NCBI RefSeq assembly: GCF_018977255.1
Contig: NW_024705385.1
Coordinates: forward strand, 1-49,978
Source of the DNA: Callorhinchus milii
Lineage: Eukaryota
DNA length: 49,978 nucleotides
Direction of reading: 5' to 3'
Part shown: positions 23,101-38,100 of the stretch, piece after piece
Numbering within the stretch: the stretch's first letter is position 1
Layout of the letters: each line of letters starts with the position of its first letter
Position numbers and translations under genes: made by a program
Notes under the pieces: model-generated
Told to the model about the DNA's origin: nothing
The model's input: only the letters and a program-made list of their open reading frames with translations
Database searches by the model: none

Positions 23101-26100
23101 TGCCTGAAAAGGGTGGCCGCCGCTACGGAACGCCAGCTAATGCCTACCGACCACAAGCCCACCCCCTGCGGCTAAAGACTGTAACTCGTGCTATTTAGGA
23201 GTTCAATACTTCCACACTGAAGATAAGGTGATTCGACTTGAATTGCAAACACGTGGCGGGCTAGTTAGAGAGATGTTGTTACTTACTATTCCAGAAGCAC
23301 ATTAGTCTTGGCGAAAAAATACTAGATAACGTACGTTTCAATTTTGAAAAGAAGATAGTCGCCGGTCGCATATGAGACAGCTAATAGGAGTAACTACTAT
23401 TCTGGAACATACTTCCGGGGCTTATTAAGCTGTTCATTTCTAGACTAAACAGAATAACATCTCTAACTCTGTACATCTCGCATTGATTGATAGAGTTGTT
23501 AGGGACAAGTTAACAGACCATAGAACTTCAAATAACCGCACATTCTCGCTACAAATTTCTGTCACATCTGATGACAATACCAATAGCCAAGGACAAATAG
23601 TTGTTGCGCTAACTCCGTTTCGCAATCCAGACCAAGTGCTCTGGTCGCGCCCTCGCAGATATCTTCCGGCACAGGGCAGTGTGGAAGTCCTTTCTTTCAG
23701 ATTCACCCGTGCTTGCTGAGGAGTATTAGAGAGGAGTCCGTGACCTCTGTTGAGGATGAGTACCGGCGTATGTCGTTCACTATGAAGAGAGTCCCGATAC
23801 ATTAGTGTCCAGAATACGACCCTATGTCCGGTCGTGAAGTTGTACAACATGGCCGCGCTATACATCGATCTCCGTTGGCAGCTCAAAGGAGGCCGAGCCA
23901 CGGTGTCGATGCGGAAAAAGTAACGCGCTGCGCGATGAAGCGAAAATTTTCGCGGGTTCTAAGCATAATTGGGGTCGACATCGCGGTGCTGCAATAAATG
24001 CGGATGTTTGATACAGCAAAACTCCGTTAATGTTGTACTTAAAACCCGGGACTAGACCGAAGACTCTCACTCACCCGAGTTCCTTAATATTGGGTCGTAA
24101 CACAACACTGCCTTTTGCCGGAGGATCAATATTTCGCCGCATAAATTTAATACTTGGTGGAAGTCTTCGCGGATGTCTTCAGGTCACAGTATTCCCGGCC
24201 TACCACCCGATCATGGGATTATACTCCTTTCACCTCGTTTTATTCCACTAGACTTCACTATACACATCAGTGATAGACTGACCAGTCAACCCTAGGATTT
24301 GAGGCATCGGCTGTAATGCGCGCCACGGACGGCTCAGCCATGAGCTCCGGAACATTCGTGACCGACAGTTCGGGAGCCCAAGGACTGTATTCTAAGAGTA
24401 AAAAATTAGTACGATCTTCAACAGACCGGTCAAGATTATCCACATGTGTAGGGGAACTAAAAAGACTCCCTTGCTCGAATCGAAAAAGCCAGTGCACGAT
24501 ATGTTGCGTGGTGGTACTCTAAGGCGTACAGAAGAAGCAGCCGATTTAGAAGAACAAGTCACTAAAGAATGGGTCCAGCGTCCGCTGATGCCGCAGACGG
24601 AGAGTGGCAAGCTAAATTTGGCTAGGCCCCTGAGACACCGGAAGGGTAATGCGGCAGGTGCTTCAAAGGGAAGCTGATGTGCGTACCACGTGACTTCTTT
24701 TGTTATCTAGGCAGCCAGGTGATACTGTCACTCGCGCCATATTTAGCCCCCGCCCCACGGCGTTTCCCTACATGCTAGCAGGTTGGATGGTCTCATAGAC
24801 TAAAGCACGAGTTTCGTCCTTTGCTTTCTTCGAAGATAACAATACGATCAATCTCGCTTCCAAAGCGTTCATCGTTCCGATTCAGGGCAGAAGCACTATG
24901 GGCCAAATATAGTGTGGATCCATGTTCTTAAGGGAAACCGCGTACGTAGCGTATCCGATAGCCACCTTGAGGCAGCTGTGGCCGTACGCTGTACGCACGC
25001 CTGCTAGGATTATGTAGTCTTAGAGATACAAGTGTGGTTGCAGACCCATAACTGCTGTGCTTGGTTTCCTCAACTTACCTTGGTCTAGGGCTTTGGCGTT
25101 AATTCGCAAGGTCTTGGGGATGGGGTACATGGTACCGCTGACACTGGATTCAGGACAATTCCTTTCTTTGGATATAAGGAGTTTTATCCCAGTCCCGCCA
25201 CGTTCTCGTCGTGCAATTCCGACATGAACGATTATACACGTGTAAGACATCAAAAGCTCCATACGCCGGGCGGAGTTCCAAATATTTCAGATGGTCCGGT
25301 AGTTTGCAGCTTCACTCTGCATAGGAGTACCAGAGAGTCAACATTATTCCCCGGGCGCGACCATCAACCGCATCAAATAGATAAGGGTTACCCAGCGGCC
25401 AGTATCAGATGCAGCGGAAGTTCAAAACTTGTCAGACCTCTAAGTGTAGAGTTTATGCCAAACTTGCTCGATAGACATAGAGGCCCGTAGGCGTTATAAT
25501 GTTCGATCAGGACAAACTCGTGGCCAGCCGGTCAGCGCAGCTTCAGCGCTTAATTTAGATGCTGCTCTACAACAGGAGCGATTTAACGGACTTAGCTCTA
25601 AGCCGGCCTCCGAGAGCAACCTCAGCTCAACGGATTTAGGGCTTCTCAGAGTTAAACTTGTGTCTCCTGCCCCCTATTAGGGAGATCGCGTAACCGACGC
25701 AAAATGATCTCGATCCATGCTAATTTAGCCGGACCGAAGCTACTAATCAAAAGCTTGCAAGAAATATTAGGATATGTCCTACTACCCTCTCTGTCTTTGG
25801 CAAACTGGGATCTCGTCTGGCACTTCTCACCCTGCGACGTTTCGGAAAAACCAGCTTGAGGGACCGGATGGTCGCCGACTTCCTGCCAGCGAACTGCAGA
25901 GTCTTTCACAAACGTGAGAGGAAGATGACAGCTAGAATTACGGACACCCCGCCGCGCGGAATAAACCCCTACGACCCCACGTACCCTCCTGAAAAGCTAC
26001 TGTGACCGGAGGGCGCCTTTGAGAGGAGCCATTTCGTTCTCGGAGGTCCCTTCTAGAAAGCAACCATATCCACACTTGAGACATTTTTTAATGAGCGTGG

Positions 26101-29100
26101 TTGACCACTATCCTTCCTAACATCTCACGCAGCCGATCTGGGCGGGCGGTTAGCGACCGTCGATTCCTCGCTGGATTAAACTTCTTGATAGTTGGCAGGT
26201 CGAAACGACCGGGTCCAGAGTAGCTGGGAGTCTAGTCGCCGGAGAGTGATCATATTTCCCCCATCTTCGGGGGGCGTCCTTTATCTTCGATGTTGCCTAT
26301 ACTCAATGCCATCAGCCAAGCACAACACCAACTTATTAGCTTCGGTCCCCGCTCTCTCAGCTGTAACCAAGTCTCTCTTCCTTCGACCCAGTAAGTCGTG
26401 ATACTCCCCGATTGACTCTGCAGGAGACACCGCAAGGTGTCTGAACCTGCATTAAATGATGCGCTGACGATGATAAATAAAAGCTATTAATGGGGCCCCC
26501 AGCCTTGAAGGTGGCATCAACTTGGCTTGCGTCTCTCGTGAAGCGTGATGGATTGCTCACCCGACTTTCGAGACCCGAGCAGCCCAGAAGCTGCAAGATA
26601 GATTCGCCGTTATAATCAATGCACGGGTGCGGATGGGATCCCACGGAATCCCACGGCTCTTCAGACATCCGGTTCTGCCTAAGGGTCGGACCATAGCAGT
26701 ACTGCACTTATTTTAGGGCCGTTCTATTGTTAGGCCGTAATTAAATTTTATCGCCTATGGTGCGAGGTCGGGGATCCGAACTTATCCGAAGGATATTACA
26801 TCGCCGATACTGGGCAAAGATACTACGTTGTCAGGCATTTTGTAGGTTAAAGTACTTGAGTAACTAGTGATTACAAGTACATACCACACTAAACGGAGTG
26901 ACCCTTTCTGAGGTCCGCCTTACGCAAGCCTAAAGACTGCCAGACCACAGAGTAGCTGAATGGACCCTTATCTGGTGAGGCTACAATAGATCCAGTGTTG
27001 TTACGTTACTGCTTCCACAGTTTCTATTAGACAACGGCTTCGTACTAATGAAGAAGTTAGCAATCTTACTATACAAAAGTCTGCGATTTCTTGTCACTGA
27101 ATTATTTATCTCGGACCAAGTCTTCTCGATGAATAGGAACCATGGCATGGATGGCGACGTAACAGACTAGCGGAACCAGTAACATTAACCAACACATGCT
27201 ATACATCGATAGGCCAGTCTTAAGCTCGAGCGTCAAAATGAGGACTCCACCAAGTTTATGGTGTGTGTTAACTTTAGATACCCTGTTAACTCACCCGACG
27301 CAAGGGAGGAGCCGCGCCGCCTGTACCTAGCCGTACAGTCCCAGACCCTATAGAGTTCAGATGGCAGAGGACACTGTCCTGCGACAACTCATGGCCTTGG
27401 CAGCACAACGAATACACCTTGCTAACCCCATACTGGAGGACTGGGGAAGAGACCGTTCTGTTCCGCAAGCCGGTCACGAGCACGTCAATTGTTCCGTTCG
27501 GCTTTTGGGGCTGACTAACTTGCACTACGTGCCGGCAGGAGGTAATTTAAAGGACCAGTACGAACACGTCGACAAAAAAAGCGAATAGTTAAGCGGGAGA
27601 TCATCTAGGTAAATTCTCACATTAAACAAATCGGAAGTTTCAGTTCGGGTCTCATGTCGCAGGATCCCAATCTACAGAATCGAAACATCCAAAAATCTAG
27701 GGTTGCTGATGTGGTACTCCTAGAGAAGTGTCAGTGGAAAGTTGGATGGCCCGTTCGCACTAGCCTGAAAAGTTGGCGTGCTCACGATAGATTCTTAAGT
27801 TATATCAACGACCGTCGACGACACGACAATTCGATCCCTTTCCATTACGAAGACTCTAATAGGCCACAGATGGGGAGCAAGATCTTTAGTTAGCCCTTTG
27901 TAAGCGGATTTAACTACGATGAAAGATCTTCTAGTTTGCAACGGCGTAGTTTAAAAAGGTCGACTTAGTCCTCCTCCGATACTTTAACATTTCTGCATAA
28001 AATTCTTCACGACATGCTGGACGGGAGCTGTCAGCTGAAATATTATATAAACATGCGTTGACAAGCTGGGTGTAAGACAGTTGTGGCGAGAAACGAGTGC
28101 CCCGGCTGGGTGAAGTCAGCCATACCTAGTGTACTATCCTTTAAGAGTTACGCATAGAGTTAGATCACCCACCCCAGGAGCTTTAAATAAATGCCCAACT
28201 TGTGCGCTATATCAGGGCGCGGGACTCTCGGGTGACTGGTAGTTATAGCTTGCGACTGTAGATCCCCTAGACCGATAGGACGAATTGCGGCTCAGCATAT
28301 TAACGGGTGTGATCATAACTGATGCACGGAGGTGAGAGCCTCGGGGGAGTATCCCCGCGTATGGGCTTATCAAGGACGCTGAGAGTTGACTAATGATTCA
28401 CACCAGTTGTGACTACTTGTTGCTACACTGGCGTAACAGTGGTTCTCTCGTTCATGTGATGGCGGAGGGTAACATCCCTCAGGGATGGAATTTGCCCCAG
28501 AAACTTGTCGTAAAAGAAAATTAGGTTGTATCGCCCGTCAGTACCAACACTCGGCTAATGGTGAAATTGGGTAAATAACCGGTGAATGATACGTACTAAA
28601 TCAAGGTCTAGCTCGCCGGTTGAACACTCCCCGCCCTCGTGAGCTGTAGTCCTAACCATCACTTGAAACGTCACAGATTAAAAGGTCGCGAAAGATTGAA
28701 ACCTTCGCTCATCCACGAGTACCACAATCTGTTTAGAGGGGTCCAAATAAAGAGTCCTTCTTACGATCTACTCTCATATTGTCATGCCCTGGACTGGCCT
28801 GCGGGTAAGCAGGACAGGAATCTCCGTGACGGGCGTTAACGTGCAGGTGTAGGGATCCAAGAAGCACTGGGGTTAAGAGTGCAATTAGGCTGGTTGATAC
28901 AGGAAACCGAAAGCACATCTTTAAGTTGGTAAGTACAGAAGACGGTACGAGTAGTAAAACTGAACAAGCCACAGCATTTGTCCGGTTCCATTTACGATTC
29001 GGAGGGAGACTGTCGAGAATTGTGCCCTGACTCGGGGCTGCTATCTTCAGACAGATAAACTGTTTAGCCAACGAGAAAGGACAAGCTATTGCGGGCTGGA

Positions 29101-32100
29101 GATTTTCGTGGCATCACACCCCTAACAAGATAGTGCCACAGAGCCCAGTCCGATGTTTCAGAATGCCGGGCAGGTTCCCTTATCCCTATGCACGGTCTCT
29201 GAGAATCGCTCTCCATGCGAGGGGCTTCGTCCTTTCCTCGGTTATTACAAATTCTCTAGTTCTACCCGGAGGTTTTACGCATTGCAATTTGGGCGAATGA
29301 GAACGGACTAGATGCCGGGCCAAGAACCGGGCACGTACAGACCAGGGTTCCCTGGTCTAACGTGTCTGTAGTCGGGTAACTCATACGGAAGTAGCGCGGT
29401 CCCATTAACCAATAAGTCATACAGGAAGCTCACAACGTCTCCCTCCGGGGTAGATCGAATAACGTCCCATTATAAAAACAATACTAACTGTAGGGTTCGA
29501 AATAGCACCAGCAACGAAGGCAATCTGCCTACTGCTTTTAAGTTCGAGCACATCGGAGCTTCAAAGAAAACCTATTAACAAATATGAGCTCTATATGAAT
29601 TTCCTCTTAGGTGATCTAAGGCCGAAAAAGCTTTAATGGTGAGAATCCAGCAGATGGAAAGATCCGACTGAAGCTTGCCGCCCGCAGTTTATTGTTGCTT
29701 GTCGGAGATCGTGCTATTCAAAATTGCTAACCGGTAGCATCTATTGAATCACGGTCCTTAAAGCACCGTGACTGGCCTAAGGAAACAAATTTCGCCATGG
29801 AGCTCTAATTCACACGTGTTTATGATTCTCACTTCTTGCGGCGATGCATAATGAGTTCCATGTGCCACGTCTTTAATTCAGGAATTTGACAGGAGGGCAT
29901 AGCTTTTGCGTATGCATGCTCTCCCGAGGGTTACACGCATCCATAAGCACTTCGTGTCATCATCTAGTGCTAACTTGCTGGACCCCACTTCGTTTACCAG
30001 GTGAGATGAGGAGCTATTAGTCTGTACAACGCCCATGGTACCGAGGTAGCTTAGGCCCAGTCATAACTTCAAGGGCGCAGTCTGGGTTTACCTCCTTAGT
30101 ATGCGTCGCCTTACCTCGCCCACCAAGTATATCTTCCAAGGCGGAACCCTAACATGAAGGAAGGGAATCATGGGCATAGGGTATATCTCGTTTTACTACC
30201 CCGCTTCTCACCCTGCGAACATGGTTACTGCGTTAAGTTTACTCGGCTCCAGGGGCTAACTTTGTCGACGTTCACGGATACGGGATGTCTGATAATCGGA
30301 AGCAGTTGATGGATTTCACCGACTAGGCGCGAGGCCCGTTCAGAGCTATATATGCCGCGTACGCAAGCCGGAAACGCAAAGGGTGCTACAGATACTGTGC
30401 TGGAGTCCTGTGATAACTACGCGGTAACTGAGGCTCGCTATGCCAGTACCAATATGAGATTGCAGGGAAAGACCCGCTGGCGGTACCCCTTTCCAAGGTA
30501 ACATCCACTGAAACCGTTCGAGGTATCAAGTCGTCGCGACTTGGCCCTTGAAGCAAGTCCCAATAAAAGCCGCATCTGGCGTCACGTTGGCGCTCTAACC
30601 TGTCATCCGAGTAATACAGGTCTCTGGCGAAGGCATTGCGCGGAGGCGGAAGCTCGTTCACTGCTTCTGGCACTTAAGACCATACCATGCGCTGCGGAGA
30701 TTTATTCATTGAACCTCTTGTGGTCCACACCACTAGTGTAACCTGTTAGAGCTCCGGACGAGTGTAGGGCCAAAAAACTACAGACCACTATTTACTTGCC
30801 TGCGGCCTCGAGAATCCATCTTCTTAATATCAGGGGTCGAGTCGTGTCTACGAACCTTTGGAAGAGGGTCAATTACCTGACTGATAATCCATGAACTATT
30901 CTCAACCTACGTGTATATCTCGGGCGCTCCAAGAAGGCTGCGGTGCAGAGAGGGTGCATCGCACCTGATCGTGCTCATCTACAACATTCGCCTCCCCTCT
31001 GTTCGGGTTTGTTACTAGCACGCTTAGTAGAGCCCAAGAGGTAGGTTCGAATGTGATAGGAACCATGAAGTCAAACCGGATACGAAGTTATGTCGTGTAT
31101 CACTCCTAGTCAAGGCAGCTGAAGGACGCCAGAACTATCTTACCGTTAGAATGAGCCCGGTGGGTTCCTCTATCGGTCAACGCCCGACCCCTCCCTCCAG
31201 CGCGCACCGTGTCTTATTGTAGGACCACCTTCCTCTTCATGGGCCGGTTAAGACTGCCATTGAGTTTATTGGAGGTTTGTATTGACGACACAAACCTCAG
31301 TTAAGTGATGTTTATAAGTACGGAACTACCCCACGTGGACACTGCTGATGAGTAGCTCCTCTCGCTATTCTGAGGGTGCCTTATGCGTACCCCATTCTCA
31401 GGGAAGAAGCCCTAAGGAGACTGGCTTAAGCGTGAATACGTGCTTCTGTGTGATCAGATATAAGTAATAGGTTCTCTGGAATTCCCTGGCATTAGCTCGA
31501 TCGCCCCCCGCATTGCACCGCCCAGGGAATATCAGCGGGGAGGGGCACGGGCGAGATAAGGCTTAATGCATAATAGGGTAGTCATAATGGACAAATAGGC
31601 GTGGAACTCCGTGAATACCAAGTCGTCGCACCACACAAATATGAGCAACAGCTTGTAGGCTGCACACAATGGGGTAGTCACCATAGGACCCCGACTATAC
31701 TAGTAGCTTACGCACGGCGAGGAGGAAGACTCTGAGGAGGAATGGCTGACCTCGGGTAGGATTCAGAGTGCTCATGCACTAACCCAAATTTAACGATGAC
31801 GAGAGTACTAACTAGTTCCACTGATCTAACGCAGTTTCTCTGTAAGTAGCCGGCAAGAAAGAAAGCGCTGGCAGTAGACCGTGTTTTGGGACTCATTCAC
31901 CTTTCCAGGAAGTTGGTCATATCGAACCGTTAACCAGACTTTGTTGCCAGCCCGCGGTCTGAGGCACTGCGGTCTATAAAGTCTCAATTCGCTGCAGGTA
32001 GTCATCGAGAGATCTCACTTGAAAGGGGCGGTGAATTAGGCAGCCGTGCGCTTCCATATAATAACTCTGGCCGCATTTCCTGTGCGGCAGTACTCGCGAT

Positions 32101-35100
32101 AGTGTCCGCCTAGAGTTACACCGTGTCTCAAATCGACTACGGCCTATAACTCACGAAGGAACACTGCAGCTTTAGCGCTGGAGTCTATCGACCGATTTCT
32201 CCGCTTCGACACAATACAGGTAACTATCTCAAGAAGGCCCATCATAGTACGCACACCTCTCTACTGATAACTAGGATGTGCATACGGGGACCTGAAGAGA
32301 TGTCTTAACTAGTGGAGCATGTCGGTCGAATGATATTAGCATTAGTGCATCATACACCATGCGGGCCACGCCCAGGAGCCGACCAACGGCGCTAGCAAGG
32401 AATCTCCAAGCAGCCTACATCGCTTGGCGCCATACGGATGGGATTCCTATTACTGTTTGTGGCTCGTTATGAGGATGGTCCGACTAAAACTATCTGAGTT
32501 TTCATAACGCTCATCGACCACGCTTGCAGACTCCCGGTCAGAGTAACGACTCAAAGTAACCAGGCTCGTGGATTCGTTTTTGGGTATCAGGGGTAGGTCG
32601 GCCTCTAGTGATCTGCAAACGATAAGTCTTTTATGGGTGTTCCCGCCATCTGGGTCCGACCCAAGCGCTTTTTCGGGATTATGTTCTTAATCGCTGGCCG
32701 GGAGCAAACCCGCCTTGATAAGCCCTGCGTAGGAAGCTCTTCGCCATGTCTGGGTCCCAGAATAACCATACTTTTTTATGTCCTAGGAAGCTCTGTTCTC
32801 GGCACGTAGCAACCACCTCTCATGGGAGTACCCTGTACTAAGCAGATGTATCCACTCGGAGCGCCACCCGTTATCACGGTTACAGGCTGCCAGAATTACA
32901 AAAATACGCGGTGTCATCTTTCACTCAGCCAACCTTCAGAGTGCGTTGATGTGGTTCGTAGTGAAAATTAAGAAAGCGGCTAGTTCAGTGCTCCAAGTAC
33001 CCTTGAGGAGAAACTTTGGCAGCGAACGTTAAATCAGCGCCAGAGATGTTGTACTACTATATGAAACTTACTTTAGGTAGGAAGCTGCCTTATGCAGGCA
33101 AATTTCGAAGACACTTAAAATCTGCTCCCATTGCGATTCCGCGTTGCGGCAAGGCTATGGATAAGGGCGACCTAAGGTAGCGCACACCGAACCAGTACCG
33201 TAGAGAACTGAGGTCGGCTTTCGAACTTGGTAGCGTCCAGGGGGGGGTAAACACAGTTGGTCGTTGTCTTGAAAATTGGATCCTCAGATGGCCACCTGTT
33301 TGACCGATGCCATGTCGGCTGGCCTCCTAGGCCTAGAATGACGACGTTTGGAACACATAGTGTAAGCGGCGTGACATGAATGCGTAGGCAGTGGAATGTC
33401 CTGATCGTGGCGCGAACCCTCCGGGCGACTTCAACCAAGACTAAAAGCACAGCTATCTGCGAAACCTATATGACAGGTAGTCCCGCGTACTTCCCCGCGC
33501 AGAGAGTCTACTTGCCGGAAGGCACCCGAGGCTACCGGCCGCACTCCGTGCTTGGGCTCATGCAACCGCGCGATAAAGAGTCTGTATGCTTGGTCTGCCC
33601 TAAGCCGGCAAACCGTCAACTGTCCCCGCCGCATACCTTTCGCTATCTGCTTTGCATCCTGGGGAGTGCCTTGCAACCCTCGCAAACTTTTCCGTCAACG
33701 CGCACGAACTCGATAGGATCCCCCGGACGAGTTTGAATTAATCACAGACGGCGACCGCACGAGAAGGGCGGACGACACAGAGGCAGTGCTTCCATCGTTG
33801 TCATTTTGGCGTCTTTGCCTGCGCTGGCCCTTGGGTCTGCGTGAACAATGATTATCGGACCAGTCCGGAGCGCGAGTTCTACGCCACGTCGATTAGCCCT
33901 TACCACCGCACCATCCGGATACCTGTGGCGGGGCTCGAAAACACTAATCTCGGGGCACATGCCTGGTCACAAGGGTACGGGGCGGTGCGGGCCCTACAGC
34001 GAGTTCAATATACTCTGCACGGGACTTTCACTTGGATAGATGAAAGTAACAGCAATGTTTGGCAAGTACCTACAGTAACCTGCATGGGGAATCCGTCTTT
34101 TTAAGAGGGCCGCTAAAGACATAAGCGAGCTTCGCGAGGCTCGGTAGGTTGCAGTTAATTGCGTCCGAGCGAGAATAAATGCATATATGTCTGTTATTTT
34201 AGTCCTGCCGCCAGCTTGGCGACGCTAGATGCTCGCATGATCGCACAAAGCTTCACGGAACAGGACTGAACGGGACATAAGCGCTGATTTGATTTAGGAC
34301 GGCGGGGTACATACAGTGGATAGCAACAAAAAAGTCACGGGCGCTATAGACGCTTGGGGGATATCACCAACTATGCGAGTTTATGAAATGGACGTTAGCG
34401 CGATCCTAACTGTCCCCTGGCATGGTGCAATAGCAATACACCGCGTATAGGGGATGTCGCAAAGCCGGGTCACAATGCCCTTGCTGTTCTATGCTCCGGG
34501 GCATCTGACATGTGATACTCTGTGCAGCTAGAAGGTAAGTCAACCTCACGTTCGATTGTCTACGCAGGTAAATATGGTTCCGCTTGGAAAGGTTCTCTAT
34601 TACGTCGGGGTGTTGTGGGTATTTATGGAATATTTCGCAAGAACCGACCGATAGTGCGCGATCTAAGGATCGCACCTCAGAACCAGTTCTGCAGCATCAA
34701 CCTCGTCCTCTTTAAATACTAGGGCCCGGAAGCGATGCTCTAGGCTCACAGAAGGATTCATTCCCGTTTGCCCTGCTGAGTCATTTTCGGCCCTGGATCT
34801 CAGCAAAGGGCTCGATGAGATACTTTAATCCATCGTGTAAGTACTCTACGTAATTATATCACTCTTCCCAAACCTAAGATAGAACCCGGTTCACCGTAAC
34901 TGATCCGCGGGTTTTTGCAATCAAAAAATTGGATGGCATTGTCGCGGAAAGACATAAAAAGAAATTAGCACTTGTACGAATGACAGATCCCCCTCAGCAT
35001 CTGTCTGCCATACACCGGTATTGAGAATCTCCGGACCCTAACGGTCGCGAACGAAATTGTTTGTATTATAAGTCGGGTATTAACAACGGGTATACGAGGG

Positions 35101-38100
35101 TAACCTGCAAGTCGGCCGCTGCGCTGGCTTAACAGAATAGCGTTTAGACGTGTACTCTGGGTTAATTATGGAAACGTGCCAGCGTTTTTGGTCATACGAG
35201 ATTACCCCATCTGGATCGGGCAGCCGGATGTTATTCTCTGTGAACGACGTAAGCGGTGCTGCAGAAGCAGGTGAGAGAAATAGCCAACTGAATGTAAACA
35301 ATATAATTTCATGTACATGTGGACCGGGTAGTGGACAAATCATATAACGTCGTTCTAACTTTGACGATTTGATCACACAGGTCGGAGAGGGCATTCACCG
35401 GTCGACCTGGTCCATATGATAGAACCAAGGTTTTAATGGCCTATCTGACTTAACGATCCGACAACACAGGCCACACCACCGGGAAGAGATTGGTGATGAA
35501 ACTTCGGACATTAGAAGCGACATGAGTTAACATGGAATTGATCTTCTCACTAAATATATGAGCTGACTTCACGAGACTTTAGTGTCTAGCCTAGCTATGC
35601 TGCACTTTACGTTACGGGAACGTTGGCTTGGATATTGTTCTGGGATACTATACGCTATACCATCCGAGTGTCCTACGCTTTCTTGGCTCCCTACTTGTAG
35701 TTTCTTTAACGCAGCAGCTCCGACCTGGCTGGGGTTGGCAGTTAATAATCGAGTAAGAACGCATAGTCAGCACTTGAGAGGAACCCACGCGAACATTAAT
35801 CATACATATCGTAGGTAATGTGTGAATCAGCCATTTTACGTGTCATAGGGCCTTCTTTTGAATGAGGTAGTCGAGAGGCGCTTAGTGATTAAGCTTAAGC
35901 ATTACCTCAGACAACTCATTCGGGGAAGAACAAACTTTTGCATTAATAGGTGCTGCTTTCTTAGAACTAAGGTACGTATCTACACTCCACCTTGACACGG
36001 GCTCTGGCCGTTAATTGAACACAGTGACCTGCCAAATTTGTTAAGGCGTAACGCTTATAGAACCCCTCCCACGTTTACAAAATTGGTGCACGAATAATGC
36101 ATCGAAGGCTATGCGTTCATGCGCATGGTAGCTCTCGCGGGTAAGGGGCAGAACGGGCCGAGGAGAGGCGACTACAATATGTATGGACGTGCTTATTGAC
36201 GCGGACCTCTTGGCTCTATGGGATGCGCTCGGATTATATTATCAATCAGAACTACTTTAATTAACGACTGAATCAACCAATGTACCTGTTAAGAGCAAAC
36301 TCAACAACTCGTGAGTATTTGTTGACGAGTTTTAAATTAAAGAGTCGGCAACGCATTTGAAGTGGAGACAAAGAGCGCACGCCCAATGCCCTAATTAGAC
36401 TTTTTTCATTTTGCCTCTCCGTTTATTAGTAAGGTCTACTGTTGTGGCGTCAAGCACCGCGCATCAGCCGTTGTGGCTTAATGGGCAGTTGCGGCTCAGT
36501 TACGGAATTATCGGTACGACTGTCTCGTTGGCACCTGATGCATCCGGAATATCAGAACCAACGACAAAGATCTCCTCGTCTAAGGATAATTTGGTGTAGT
36601 AGGGCCGGGACCTGCGCCCTTGAACAGTTGATACTTAAGGTATTCAAATACCTGGCGTGGCTGGATCTGTATCGCTAGAAAAGAATGGGATTATACTCAT
36701 CTATGCCGACTCTTATGGAAGACCGGAGCATACAACCACCTGAAGAAAGTGAAGGGACAGTCGCGAAGCAATTCAAATGATAGTCGTGCATTAAGATATT
36801 CTGAGACATCTTCTGATGTCACAGTTACATCTTGGCGTTTCGAGCATGCCGCGGTTAGTGGTTAGGCGGGAGGGCGCCGCCAGTTTCCTACCGTGGATAA
36901 GCGTACCGCGTACGGGTGGCAGCACCGAAGTCTATCCTGACTGTTCGGGCGTGGACGCACGCGCAGAAGGCCAAAGATGACAGGTAATGGGTCTTGGGTC
37001 AACCGGCAAAGCGTATCTATGTTCAGCGGGTGGTGGGGCGGATTTGGATGGTTTTGTACCTCGGTGTGAATTCTCCGTCACTGAAGAAACGCAAATGCGG
37101 ATAGCTGGACTGTTCTCATAGAAATCTAAACATGTCAACCGAAACGCGTTCTTACCAGCGACCTTCAAAGGTCAGCAGGCGACGATGAAAATAAGCGCGG
37201 GTACTGTTTTTAATTATGCTCTACCATAAGTTACTATGGGCATCAAGCTTTCATTCTGAGAATATGGCTGCCACCGCAATGTCGTCGCGTTGTCTGTGGT
37301 GTCAATTCAACAACTCAGACGCTTACACCGGCGCATACTGAGTAGGTAACTCCTTAGATCACCGGTCGGGAACCCGGAACAGTGCTAATTCGGAAGTATC
37401 AAGTAGATGTGTATAATAATCAGTTCTCTGCTTGCAACATTAGTGGCAACTCTACCGACCGAACCTCTTACGCTGGCGATAATTTCATGTGAACCTACAT
37501 CCGATCCCGCAAGAATAATGATTGGTAGTGGGTACGATCGATGTTTATTGAACGTGACTTTGGCGTCCGATTCAACTCATCATCACAAAAGGAACACTAG
37601 ATGTAAAAGCCATCCCCCAAGATAGGATCTAAACAGGCGCACAATCCGTGCATTAAAGTACTCGCCGGTTGTAACCCCGGCGACTTCAGACGCCATCCCG
37701 CCCGAGCCAATATGGGTCTCCCTGACGAGGTGCTCTGGATAATGTCGGTCCTACAGAAATCATTTTTAGTCTCAGCATTTGTTTGAGCTGGCTCGCGTAA
37801 CCAACAGCTCGTACTTGGCTACACCTAGGCGGTTATATACCTGTTGAATTTTGAGGTGATCATTTCACACTGACCTAAACAATGTCCTGTAGTATGCCTT
37901 GCGTACGCGCCTAGCGCCGTTTTCACGCTAAGGGATAACGCCCGGAGACAACACATAGGTAAGCCCGTTCGCTAACACCTAACACGGTGGTGAGAGGTTC
38001 GAGCATAGGACCCACTAGCACATACGCGTTCCGCTGGAAGTACAGGAAACTGATTTGCGATCTATAACTTCCTAAAGTACGGATTGCGTCTCAGATATAG

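Noticed and set aside
32730..32794. TAGGAAGCTCT repeated about 54 bp apart, possible CRISPR-like repeat
   Set aside because: Only two 11-mers; a nearby match of this length is expected by chance in 33 kb.
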